From contig CAXHJY010000397.1 in assembly GCA_964016885.1 (NCBI GenBank), positions 124,001 to 188,000 of the forward strand: 64,000 nt of DNA. Direction: 5' to 3'. How positions within the stretch are numbered: position 1 is the first letter of the stretch; every line of letters starts with the position of its first letter. Of the stretch, positions 50,350-62,300 are shown in pieces. Under the pieces are notes generated by a model, which did no database searches, had not been told where the DNA came from, and saw nothing but the letters and a program-made list of their open reading frames with translations. The translations under genes and the position numbers were made by a program. The stretch is from Eledone cirrhosa. Its lineage: Eukaryota.

Positions 50350-53300
50350 CTTAGGATAGCTTAGCTTAGGATAGCTTAGGATAGCTTAGCTTAGGATAGC
50401 TTAGCTTAGGATAGCTTAGCTTAGGATAGTTTAGGATAGCTTAGCTTAGCTTAGCTTAGGATAGCTTAGGATAGCTTAGCTTAGGATAGCTTAGGATAGC
50501 TTAGCTTAGGATAGATTAGGATAGCTTAGCTTAGGATAGCTTAGGATAGCTTAGCTTAGGATAGCTTAGCTTAGGATAGCTTAGCTTAGCTTAGGATAGC
50601 TTAGCTTGGGATAGCTTAGGATAGCTTAGCTTAGGATAGCTTAGCTTAGGATAGCTTAGGATAGCTTAGCTTAGCTTAGCTTAGGATAGCTTAGCTTAGC
50701 TTAGCTTAGGATAGCTTAGCTTAGCTTAGGATAGCTTAGCTTAGCTTAGCTTAGGATAGCTTAGCTTAGCTTAGCTTAGGATAGCTTAGCTTAGCTTAGC
50801 TTAGGATAGCTTAGCTTAGCTTAGGATAGCTTAGCTTAGCTTAGCTTAGGATAGCTTAGCTTAGCTTAGCTTAGAATAGCTTAGCTTAGGATAGCTTAGC
50901 TTAGGATAGCTTAGCTTAGGATAGCTTAGGATAGCTTAGCTTAGGATAGCTTAGGATAGCTTAGCTTAGGATAGCTTAGCTTAGCTTAGCTTAGGATAGC
51001 TTAGCTTAGCTTAGGATAGCTTAGCTTAGCTTAGCTTAGGATAGCTTAGCTTAGGATAGCTTAGGAAAGCTTAGCTTAGCTTAGCTTAGGATAGCTTAGC
51101 TTAGCTTAGCTTAGGATAGCTTAGCTTAGCTTAGGATAGCTTAGCTTAGCTTAGCTTAGGATAGCTTAGCTTAGCTTAGTTTAGGATAGCTTAGCTTAGC
51201 TTAGCTTAGGATAGCTTAGCTTAGCTTAGCTTAGGATAGCTTAGCTTAGCTTAGCTTAGGATAGCTTAGCTTAGGATAGCTTAGCTTAGCTTAGCTTAGG
51301 ATAGCTTAGCTTAGCTTAGCTTAGGATAGCTTAGCTTAGGATAGCTTAGCTTAGCTTAGCTTAGGATAGCTTAGCATAGCTTAGCTTAGGATAGCTTAGC
51401 TTAGCTTAGCTTAGGATAGCTTAGCTTAGCTTAGCTTAGGATAGCTTAGCTTAGCTTAGCTTAGGATAGCTTAGCTTAGCTTAGCTTAGGATAGCTTAGC
51501 TTAGCTTAGCTTAGGATAGCTTAGCATAGCTTAGCTTAGGATAGCTTAGCTTAGCTTAGCTTAGGATAGCTTAGCTTAGCTTAGGATAGCTTAGCTTAGC
51601 TTGGCTTAGGTTAGCTTAGCTTAGCTTGGCTTAGGATAGCTTAGCTTAGCTTAGCTTAGCTTAGAATAGCTTAGCTTAGGATAGCTTAGGATAGCTTAGC
51701 TTAGCTTAGCTTAGGATAGCTTAGCTTAGTTTAGGATAGCTTAGCTTAGCTTAGCTTAGGATAGCTTAGGATAGCTTAGCTTGGGACAGCTTAGGATAGC
51801 TTAGCTTAGGATAGCTTAGGATAGCTTAGCTTAGGATAGCTTAGGATAGCTTAGGTTAGGATAGCTTAGCTTAGGATAGCTTAGGATAGCTTAGCTTAGG
51901 ATAGCTTAGGATAGCTTAGCTTAGAATATCTTAGGATAGCTTAGCTTAGGATAGCTTAGCTTAGGATAGCTTAGGAAAGCTTAGCTTAGCTTAGCTTAGG
52001 ATAGCTTAGCTTAGCTTAGCTTAGGATAGCTTAGCTTAGCTTAGCTTAGGATAGCTTAGGATAGCTTAGCTTAGGATAGCTTAGGATAGCTTAGCTTAGG
52101 ATAGCTTAGCTTAGGATAGCTTAGCTTAGGATAGCTTAGGATAGCTTAGCTTAGGATAGCTTAGGATAGCTTAGCTTAGGATAGCTTAGCTTAGGATAGC
52201 TTAGGATAGCTTAGCTTAGCTTAGCTTAGGATAGCTTAGCTTAGCTTAGGATAGCTTAGCTTAGCTTAGCTTAGCTTAGGATAGCTTAGCTTAGCTTAGG
52301 ATAGCTTAGGATAGCTTAGCTTAGGATAGCTTAGGATAGCTTAGCTTAGGATAGCTTAGGATAGCTTAGCTTAGGATAGCTTAGCTTAGGATAGCTTAGC
52401 TTAGCTTAGGATAGCTTAGCTTAGGATAGCTTAGGATATCTTAGGTTAGGATAGCTTAGCTTAGGATAGCTTAGGATAGATTAGCTTAGCTTAGCTTAGG
52501 ATAGCTTAGCTTAGCTTAGCTTAGGATAGCTTAGCTTAGCTTAGCTTAGGATAGCTTAGCTTAGCTTAGGATAGCTTAGCTTAGCTTAGCTTAGGATAGC
52601 TTAGCTTAGCTTAGCTTAGGATAGCTTAGCTTAGGATAGCTTAGCTTAGGATAGCTTAGCTTAGGTTAGCTTAGCTTAGCTTAGCTTAGGATAGCTTAGG
52701 ATAGCTTAGCTTAGGATAGCTTAGCTTAGCTTAGCTTAGGATAGCTTAGCTTAGCTTAGCTTAGGATAGCTTAGCTTAGCTTAGCTTAGGATAGCTTAGC
52801 TTAGGATAGCTTAGGATTGCTTAGCTTAGCTTAGCTTAGGATAGCTTAGCTTAGCTTAGCTTAGGATAGCTTAGCTTAGCTTAGCTTAGGATAGCTTAGG
52901 ATAGCTTAGGATAGCTTAGCTTAGCTTAGCTTAGGATAGCTTAGCTTAGCTTAGGATAGCTTAGCTTAGCTTAGCTTAGGATAGCTTAGCTTAGCTTAGG
53001 ATAGCTTAGCTTAGCTTAGCTTAGGATAGCTTAGCTTAGCTTAGCTTAGGATAGCTTAGCTTAGCTTAGCTTAGGATAGCTTAGCTTAGCTTAGCTTAGC
53101 TTAGGATAGCTTAGCTTAGCTTAGCTTAGGATAGATTAGCTTAGCTTAGGATAGCTTAGCTTAGCTTAGCTTAGGAAAGCTTAGCTTAGCTTAGGATAGC
53201 TTAGCTTAGCTTAGCTTAGGAGAGCTTAGCTTAGCTTAGCTTAGGATAGCTTAGCTTAGCTTAGCTTAGGATAGCTTAGCTTAGCTTAGGTAGCTTAGCT

Positions 53301-56300
53301 TAGCTTAGCTTAGGATAGCTTAGCTTAGCTTAGCTTAGCTTAGCTTAGGATAGCTTAGCTTAGCTTAGCTTAGGAGAGCTTAGCTTAGCTTAGCTTAGGA
53401 TAGCTTAGGATAGCTTAGCTTAGGATAGCTTAGGATAGCTTACCTTAGGAGAGCTTAGCTTAGGATAGCTTAGCTTAGGATAGCTTAGCTTAGGATAGCT
53501 TAGGATAGCTTAGCTTAGCTTAGCTTAGGATAGCTTAGCTTAGCTTAGCTTAGGATAGCTTAGCTTAGGTTAGCTTAGCTTAGCTTAGCTTAGCTTAGGA
53601 TAGCTTAGCTTAGGATAGCTTAGGATAGCTTAGGATAGCTTAGCTTAGGATAGCTTAGCTTAGGATAGCTTAGGATAGCTTAGCTTAGGATAGCTTAGGA
53701 TAGCTTAGCTTAGGATAGCTTAGCTTAGGATAGCTTAGGATAGCTTAGCTTAGCTTAGCTTAGGATAGCTTAGCTTAGCTTAGCTTAGGATAGCTTAGCT
53801 TAGCTTAGGATAGCTTAACTTAGCTTAGCTTAGGATAGCTTAGGATAGCTTAGCTTAGGATAGCTTAGGATAGCTTAGCTTAGGATAGCTTAGGATAGCT
53901 TAGGATAGCTTAGCTTAGCTTAGCTTAGGATAGCTTAGCTTAGCTTAGCTTAGGATAGCTTAGCTTAGCTTAGCTTAGGATAGCTTAGCTTAGCTTAGGA
54001 TAGCTTAGCTTAGCTTAGCTTAGGATAGCTTAGCTTAGCTTAGCTTAGGACAGCTTAGCTTAGCTTAGCTTAGGATAGCTTAGCTTAGCTTAGGATAGCT
54101 TAGCTTAGCTTAGCTTAGGATAGCTTAGCTTAGCTTAGCTTAGGATAGCTTAGCTTAGGATAGCTTAGCTTAGGATAGCTTAGCTTAGGTTAGCTTAGCT
54201 TAGCTTAGCTTAGGATAGCTTAGGATAGCTTAGCTTAGGATAGCTTAGCTTAGCTTAGCTTAGGATAGCTTAGCTTAGCTTAGCTTAGGATAGCTTAGCT
54301 TAGCTTAGCTTAGGATAGCTTAGCTTAGCTTAGCTTAGGATAGCTTAGCTTAGGATAGCTTAGGATAGCTTAGCTTAGCTTAGGATAGCTTAGCTTAGCT
54401 TAGCTTAGGATAGCTTAGCTTAGCTTAGGATAGCTTAGCTTAGCTTAGCTTAGGATAGCTTAGCTTAGCTTAGCTTAGGATAGCTTAGCTTAGCTTAGCT
54501 TAGGATAGCTTAGGATAGCTTAGGATAGCTTAGCTTAGCTTAGCTTAGGATAGCTTAGCTTAGCTTAGCTTAGGATAGATTAGCTTAGCTTAGCTTAGGA
54601 TAGCTTAGCTTAGCTTAGGATAGCTTAGCTTAGCTTAGCTTAGGATAGCTTAGCTTAGCTTAGCTTAGGATAGCTTAGCTTAGCTTAGCTTAGGATAGAT
54701 TAACTTAGCTTAGGATAGCTTAGCTTAGCTTAGCTTAGGAAAGCTTAGCTTAGCTTAGGATAGCTTAGCTTTGCTTAGCTTAGGATAGCTTAGGATAGCT
54801 TAGCTTAGGATAGCTTAGGATAGCTTAGCTTAGGATAGCTTAGGATAGCTTAGGTTAGGATAGCTTAGCTTAGGATAGCTTAGGATAGCTTAGCTTAGGA
54901 TAGCTTAGGATAGCTTAGCTTAGGATAGCTTAGGATAGCTTAGCTTAGGATAGCTTAGCTTAGGATAGCTTAGGAAAGCTTAGCTTAGCTTAGCTTAGGA
55001 TAGCTTAGCTTAGCTTAGCTTAGGATAGCTTAGCTTAGCTTAGCTTAGGATAGCTTAGGATAGCTTAGCTTAGGATAGCTTAGGATAGCTTAGCTTAGGA
55101 TAGCTTAGCTTAGGATAGCTTAGCTTAGGATAGCTTAGGATAGCTTAGCTTAGGATAGCTTAGCTTAGGATAGCTTAGGATAGCTTAGCTTAGCTTAGCT
55201 TAGGATAGCTTAGCTTAGCTTAGCTTAGGATAGCTTAGCTTAGCTTAGCTTAGCTTAGGATAGCTTAGCTTAGCTTAGGATAGCTTAGGATAGCTTAGCT
55301 TAGGATAGCTTAGGATAGCTTAGCTTAGGATAGCTTAGGATAGCTTAGCTTAGGATAGCTTAGGATAGCTTAGCTTAGGATAGCTTAGCTTAGGATAGCT
55401 TAGCTTAGCTTAGCTTAGGATAGCTTAGCTTAGGATAGCTTAGGATAGCTTAGCTTAGGATAGCTTATCTTAGGATAGCTTAGGATAGCTTAGCTTAGCT
55501 TAGCTTAGGATAGCTTAGCTTAGCTTAGCTTAGGATAGCTTAGCTTAGCTTAGGATAGCTTAGCTTAGCTTAGCTTAGGATAGCTTAGCTTAGCTTAGCT
55601 TAGGATAGCTTAGCTTAGCTTAGCTTAGGATAGCTTAGCTTAGGATAGCTTAGCTTAGGATAGCTTAGCTTAGGTTAGCTTAGCTTAGCTTAGCTTAGGA
55701 TAGCTTAGGATAGCTTAGCTTAGGATAGCTTAGCTTAGCTTAGCTTAGGATAGCTTAGCTTAGTTTAGCTTAGGATAGCTTAGCTTAGCTTAGCTTAGGA
55801 TAGCTTAGCTTAGGATAGCTTAGGATTGCTTAGCTTAGCTTAGCTTAGGATAGCTTAGCTTAGCTTAGCTTAGGATAGCTTAGCTTAGCTTAGGATAGCT
55901 TAGCTTAGCTTAGCTTAGGATAGCTTAGCTTAGCTTAGCTTAGGATAGCTTAGCTTAGCTTAGCTTAGGATAGCTTAGGATAGCTTAGGATAGCTTAGCT
56001 TTGCTTAGCTTAGGATAGCTTAGCTTAGCTTAGCTTAGGATAGCTTAGCTTAGCTTAGCTTAGGATAGCTTAGCTTAGCTTAGGATAGCTTAGCTTAGCT
56101 TAGCTTAGGATAGCTTAGCTTAGCTTAGCTTAGGATAGCTTAGCTTAGCTTAGCTTAGGATAGCTTAGCTTAGCTTAGCTTAGAATAGATTAGCTTAGCT
56201 TAGGATAGCTTAGCTTAGCTTAGCTTAGGAAAGCTTAGCTTAGCTTAGGATAGCTTAGTTTAGCTTAGCTTAGGAGAGCTTAGCTTAGCTTAGGATAGCT

Positions 56301-59300
56301 TAGCTTAGCTTAGCTTAGGATAGCTTAGCTTAGCTTAGCTTAGGTAGCTTAGCTTAGCTTAGCTTAGGATAGCTTAGCTTAGCTTAGCTTAGCTTAGGAT
56401 AGCTTAGCTTAGCTTAGCTTAGGAGAGCTTAGCTTAGCTTAGCTTAGGATAGCTTAGGATAGCTTAGCTTAGGATAGCTTAGGATAGCTTACCTTAGGAG
56501 AGCTTAGCTTAGGATAGCTTAGCTTAGGATAGCTTAGGATAGCTTAGCTTAGGATAGCTTAGCTTAGGATAGCTTAGCTTAGGATAGCTTAGGATAGCTT
56601 AGCTTAGCTTAGCTTAGGATAGCTTAGCTTAGCTTAGCTTAGGATAGCTTAGCTTAGGTTAGCTTAGCTTAGCTTAGCTTAGCTTAGGATAGCTTAGCTT
56701 AGGATAGCTTAGGATAGCTTAGCTTAGGATAGCTTAGGATAGCTTAGCTTAGGAGAGCTTAGCTTAGGATAGCTTAGGATAGCTTAGCTTAGGATAGCTT
56801 AGGATAGCTTAGCTTAGGATAGCTTAGCTTAGGATAGCTTAGGATAGCTTAGCTTAGCTTAGCTTAGGATAGCTTAGCTTAGCTTAGCTTAGGATAGCTT
56901 AGCTTAGCTTAGCTTAGGATAGCTTAGCTTAGCTTAGCTTAGGATAGCTTAGGATAGCTTAGCTTAGGATAGCTTAGGATAGCTTAGCTTAGGATAGCTT
57001 AGGATAGCTTAGGATAGCTTAGCTTAGCTTAGCTTAGGATAGCTTAGCTTAGCTTAGCTTAGGATAGCTTAGCTTAGCTTAGCTTAGGATAGCTTAGCTT
57101 AGCTTAGGATAGCTTAGCTTAGCTTAGCTTAGGATAGCTTAGCTTAGCTTAGGACAGCTTAGCTTAGCTTAGCTTAGGATAGCTTAGCTTAGCTTAGGAT
57201 AGCTTAGCTTAGCTTAGCTTAGGATAGCTTAGCTTAGCTTAGGATAGCTTAGCTTAGGATAGCTTAGCTTAGGATAGCTTAGCTTAGGTTAGCTTAGCTT
57301 AGCTTAGCTTAGGATAGCTTAGGATAGCTTAGCTTAGGATAGCTTAGCTTAGCTTAGCTTAGGATAGCTTAGCTTAGCTTAGCTTAGGATAGCTTAGCTT
57401 AGCTTAGCTTAGGATAGCTTAGCTTAGCTTAGCTTAGGATAGCTTAGCTTAGGATAGCTTAGGATAGCTTAGCTTAGCTTAGCTTAGGATAGCTTAGCTT
57501 AGCTTAGCTTAGGATAGCTTAGCTTAGCTTAGGATAGCTTAGCTTAGCTTAGCTTAGGATAGCTTAGCTTAGCTTAGCTTAGGATAGCTTAGCTTAGCTT
57601 AGCTTAGGATAGCTTAGGATAGCTTAGGATAGCTTAGCTTAGCTTAGCTTAGGATAGCTTAGCTTAGCTTAGCTTAGGATAGCTTAGCTTAGCTTAGCTT
57701 AGGATAGCTTAGCTTAGCTTAGGATAGCTTAGCTTAGCTTAGCTTAGGATAGCTTAGCTTAGCTTAGCTTAGGATAGCTTAGCTTAGCTTAGCTTAGGAT
57801 AGCTTAGCTTAGCTTAGGATAGCTTAGCTTAGCTTAGCTTAGGATAGCTTAGCTTAGGATAGCTTAGGATAGCTTAGCTTAGGATAGCTTAGCTTAGGAT
57901 AGCTTAGGATAGCTTAGCTTAGCTTAGCTTAGGATAGCTTAGCTTAGCTTAGCTTAGGATAGCTTAGCTTAGCTTAGGATAGCTTAGCTTAGCTTAGCTT
58001 AGGATAGCTTAGCTTAGCTTAGCTTAGGATAGCTTAGGATAGCTTAGCTTAGCTTAGCTTAGGATAGCTTAGCTTAGCTTAGCTTAGGATAGCTTAGCTT
58101 AGCTTAGCTTAGGATAGCTTAGCTTAGGATAGCTTAGCTTAGGATAGCTTAGCTTAGGTTAGCTTAGCTTAGCTTAGCTTAGGATAGCTTAGGATAGCTT
58201 AGCTTAGGATAGCTTAGCTTAGCTTAGCTTAGGATAGCTTAGCTTAGCTTAGCTTAGGATAGCTTAGCTTAGGATAGCTTAGGATTGCTTAGCTTAGCTT
58301 AGCTTAGGATAGCTTAGCTTAGCTTAGCTTAGGATAGCTTAGCTTAGCTTAGGATAGCTTAGCTTAGCTTAGCTTAGGATAGCTTAGCTTAGCTTAGCTT
58401 AGGATAGCTTAGCTTAGCTTAGCTTAGGATAGCTTAGGATAGCTTAGGATAGCTTAGCTTAGCTTAGCTTAGGATAGCTTAGCTTAGGATAGCTTAGGAT
58501 AGCTTAGCTTAGCTTAGGATAGCTTAGCTTAGCTTAGCTTAGGATAGCTTAGCTTAGCTTAGGATAGCTTAGCTTAGCTTAGCTTAGGATAGCTTAGCTT
58601 AGCTTAGCTTAGGATAGCTTAGCTTAGCTTAGGATAGCTTAGCTTAGGATAGCTTAGCTTAGGATAGCTTAGCTTAGGTTAGCTTAGCTTAGCTTAGCTT
58701 AGGATAGCTTAGGATAGCTTAGCTTAGGATAGCTTAGCTTAGCTTAGCTTAGGATAGCTTAGCTTAGTTTAGCTTAGGATAGCTTAGCTTAGCTTAGCTT
58801 AGGATAGCTTAGCTTAGGATAGCTTAGGATTGCTTAGCTTAGCTTAGCTTAGGATAGCTTAGCTTAGCTTAGCTTAGGATAGCTTAGCTTAGCTTAGGAT
58901 AGCTTAGCTTAGCTTAGCTTAGGATAGCTTAGCTTAGCTTAGCTTAGGATAGCTTAGCTTAGCTTAGCTTAGGATAGCTTAGGATAGCTTAGGATAGCTT
59001 AGCTTTGCTTAGCTTAGGATAGCTTAGCTTAGCTTAGCTTAGGATAGCTTAGCTTAGCTTAGCTTAGGATAGCTTAGCTTAGCTTAGGATAGCTTAGCTT
59101 AGCTTAGCTTAGCTTAGGATAGCTTAGCTTAGCTTAGCTTAGGATAGCTTAGCTTAGCTTAGCTTAGGATAGCTTAGCTTAGCTTAGCTTAGGATAGATT
59201 AGCTTAGCTTAGGATAGCTTAGCTTAGCTTAGCTTAGGAAAGCTTAGCTTAGCTTAGGATAGCTTAGTTTAGCTTAGCTTAGGAGAGCTTAGCTTAGCTT

Positions 59301-62300
59301 AGGATAGCTTAGCTTAGCTTAGCTTAGGATAGCTTAGCTTAGCTTAGCTTAGGTAGCTTAGCTTAGCTTAGCTTAGGATAGCTTAGCTTAGCTTAGCTTA
59401 GCTTAGGATAGCTTAGCTTAGCTTAGCTTAGGAGAGCTTAGCTTAGCTTAGCTTAGGATAGCTTAGGATAGCTTAGCTTAAGATAGCTTAGGATAGCTTA
59501 CCTTAGGAGAGCTTAGCTTAGGATAGCTTAGCTTAGGATAGCTTAGGATAGCTTAGCTTAGGATAGCTTAGCTTAGGATAGCTTAGCTTAGGATAGCTTA
59601 GGATAGCTTAGCTTAGCTTAGCTTAGGATAGCTTAGCTTAGCTTAGCTTAGGATAGCTTAGCTTAGGTTAGCTTAGCTTAGCTTAGCTTAGCTTAGGATA
59701 GCTTAGCTTAGGATAGCTTAGGATAGCTTAGCTTAGGATAGCTTAGGATAGCTTAGCTTAGGAGAGCTTAGCTTAGGATAGCTTAGGATAGCTTAGCTTA
59801 GGATAGCTTAGGATAGCTTAGCTTAGGATAGCTTAGCTTAGGATAGCTTAGGATAGCTTAGCTTAGCTTAGCTTAGGATAGCTTAGCTTAGCTTAGCTTA
59901 GGATAGCTTAGCTTAGCTTAGCTTAGGATAGCTTAGCTTAGCTTAGCTTAGGATAGCTTAGGATAGCTTAGCTTAGGTTAGCTTAGGATAGCTTAGCTTA
60001 GGATAGCTTAGGATAGCTTAGGATAGCTTAGCTTAGCTTAGCTTAGGATAGCTTAGCTTAGCTTAGCTTAGGATAGCTTAGCTTAGCTTAGCTTAGGATA
60101 GCTTAGCTTAGCTTAGGATAGCTTAGCTTAGCTTAGCTTAGGATAGCTTAGCTTAGCTTAGCTTAGGACAGCTTAGCTTAGCTTAGCTTAGGATAGCTTA
60201 GCTTAGCTTAGGATAGCTTAGCTTAGCTTAGCTTAGGATAGCTTAGCTTAGCTTAGCTTAGGATAGCTTAGCTTAGGATAGCTTAGCTTAGGATAGCTTA
60301 GCTTAGGTTAGCTTAGCTTAGCTTAGCTTAGGATAGCTTAGGATAGCTTAGCTTAGGATAGCTTAGCTTAGCTTAGCTTAGGATAGCTTAGCTTAGCTTA
60401 GCTTAGGATAGCTTAGCTTAGCTTAGCTTAGGATAGCTTAGCTTAGCTTAGCTTAGGATAGCTTAGCTTAGGATAGCTTAGGATAGCTTAGCTTAGCTTA
60501 GCTTAGGATAGCTTAGCTTAGCTTAGCTTAGGATAGCTTAGCTTAGCTTAGGATAGCTTAGCTTAGCTTAGCTTAGGATAGCTTAGCTTAGCTTAGCTTA
60601 GGATAGCTTAGCTTAGCTTAGCTTAGGATAGCTTAGGATAGCTTAGGATAGCTTAGCTTAGCTTAGCTTAGGATAGCTTAGCTTAGCTTAGCTTAGGATA
60701 GCTTAGCTTAGCTTAGCTTAGGATAGCTTAGCTTAGCTTAGGATAGCTTAGCTTAGCTTAGCTTAGGATAGCTTAGCTTAGCTTAGCTTAGGATAGCTTA
60801 GCTTAGCTTAGCTTAGGATAGCTTAGCTTAGCTTAGGATAGCTTAGCTTAGCTTAGCTTAGGATAGCTTAGCTTAGGATAGCTTAGGATAGCTTAGCTTA
60901 GGATAGCTTAGCTTAGGATAGCTTAGGATAGCTTAGCTTAGCTTAGCTTAGGATAGCTTAGCTTAGCTTAGCTTAGGATAGCTTAGCTTAGCTTAGGATA
61001 GCTTAGCTTAGCTTAGCTTAGGATAGCTTAGCTTAGCTTAGCTTAGGATAGCTTAGGATAGCTTAGCTTAGCTTAGCTTAGGATAGCTTAGCTTAGCTTA
61101 GCTTAGGATAGCTTAGCTTAGCTTAGCTTAGGATAGCTTAGCTTAGCTTAGGATAGCTTAGCTTAGCTTAGCTTAGGATAGCTTAGCTTAGCTTAGCTTA
61201 GGATAGCTTAGCTTAGGATAGCTTAGGATAGCTTAGCTTAGCTTAGCTTAGGATAGCTTAGCATAGCTTAGGATAGCTTAGCTTAGCTTAGGATAGCTTA
61301 GCTTAGCTTAGGATAGCTTAGCTTAGCTTAGCTTAGGATAGCTTAGCTTAGCTTAGCTTAGGATAGCTTAGCTTAGCTTAGCTTAGGATAGCTTAGGATA
61401 GCTTAGCCTAGCTTAGCTTAGGATAGCTTAGCTTAGCTTAGCTTAGGATAGCTTAGCTTAGCTTAGGATAGCTTAGCTTAGCTTAGCTTAGGATAGCTTA
61501 GCTTAGGATAGCTTAGCTTAGCTTAGTTTAGGATAGCTTAGCTTAGGATAGCTTAGCTTAGCTTAGGATAGCTTAGCTTAGCTTAGCTTAGGATAGCTTA
61601 GCTTAGCTTAGCTTAGGATAGCTTAGCTTAGCTTAGCTTAGGATAGCTTAGCTTAACTTGGCTTAGGATAGCTTAGCTTAGCTTAGCTTAGGATAGCTTA
61701 GCTTAGCTTAGCTTAGGATAGCTTAGCTTAGCTTAGGATAGCTTAGCTTAATTTAGGATAGCTTAGCTTAGCTTGGCTTAGGATAGCTTAGCTTAGCTTA
61801 GCTTAGGATAGCTTAGGATAGCTTAGGATAGCTTAGCTTTGCTTAGCTTAGGATAGCTTAGCTTAGCTTAGCTTAGGATAGCTTAGCTTAGCTTAGCTTA
61901 GGATAGCTTAGCTTAGCTTAGGATAGCTTAGCTTAGCTTAGCTTAGGATAGCTTAGCTTAGCTTAGCTTAGGATAGCTTAGCTTAGCTTAGCTTAGGATA
62001 GCTTAGCTTAGCTTAGCTTAGGATAGATTAGCTTAGCTTAGGATAGCTTAGCTTAGCTTAGCTTAGGAAAGCTTAGCTTAGCTTAGGATAGCTTAGTTTA
62101 GCTTAGCTTAGGAGAGCTTAGCTTAGCTTAGGATAGCTTAGCTTAGCTTAGCTTAGGATAGCTTAGCTTAGCTTAGCTTAGGTAGCTTAGCTTAGCTTAG
62201 CTTAGGATAGCTTAGCTTAGCTTAGCTTAGCTTAGGATAGCTTAGCTTAGCTTAGCTTAGGAGAGCTTAGCTTAGCTTAGCTTAGGATAGCTTAGGATAG

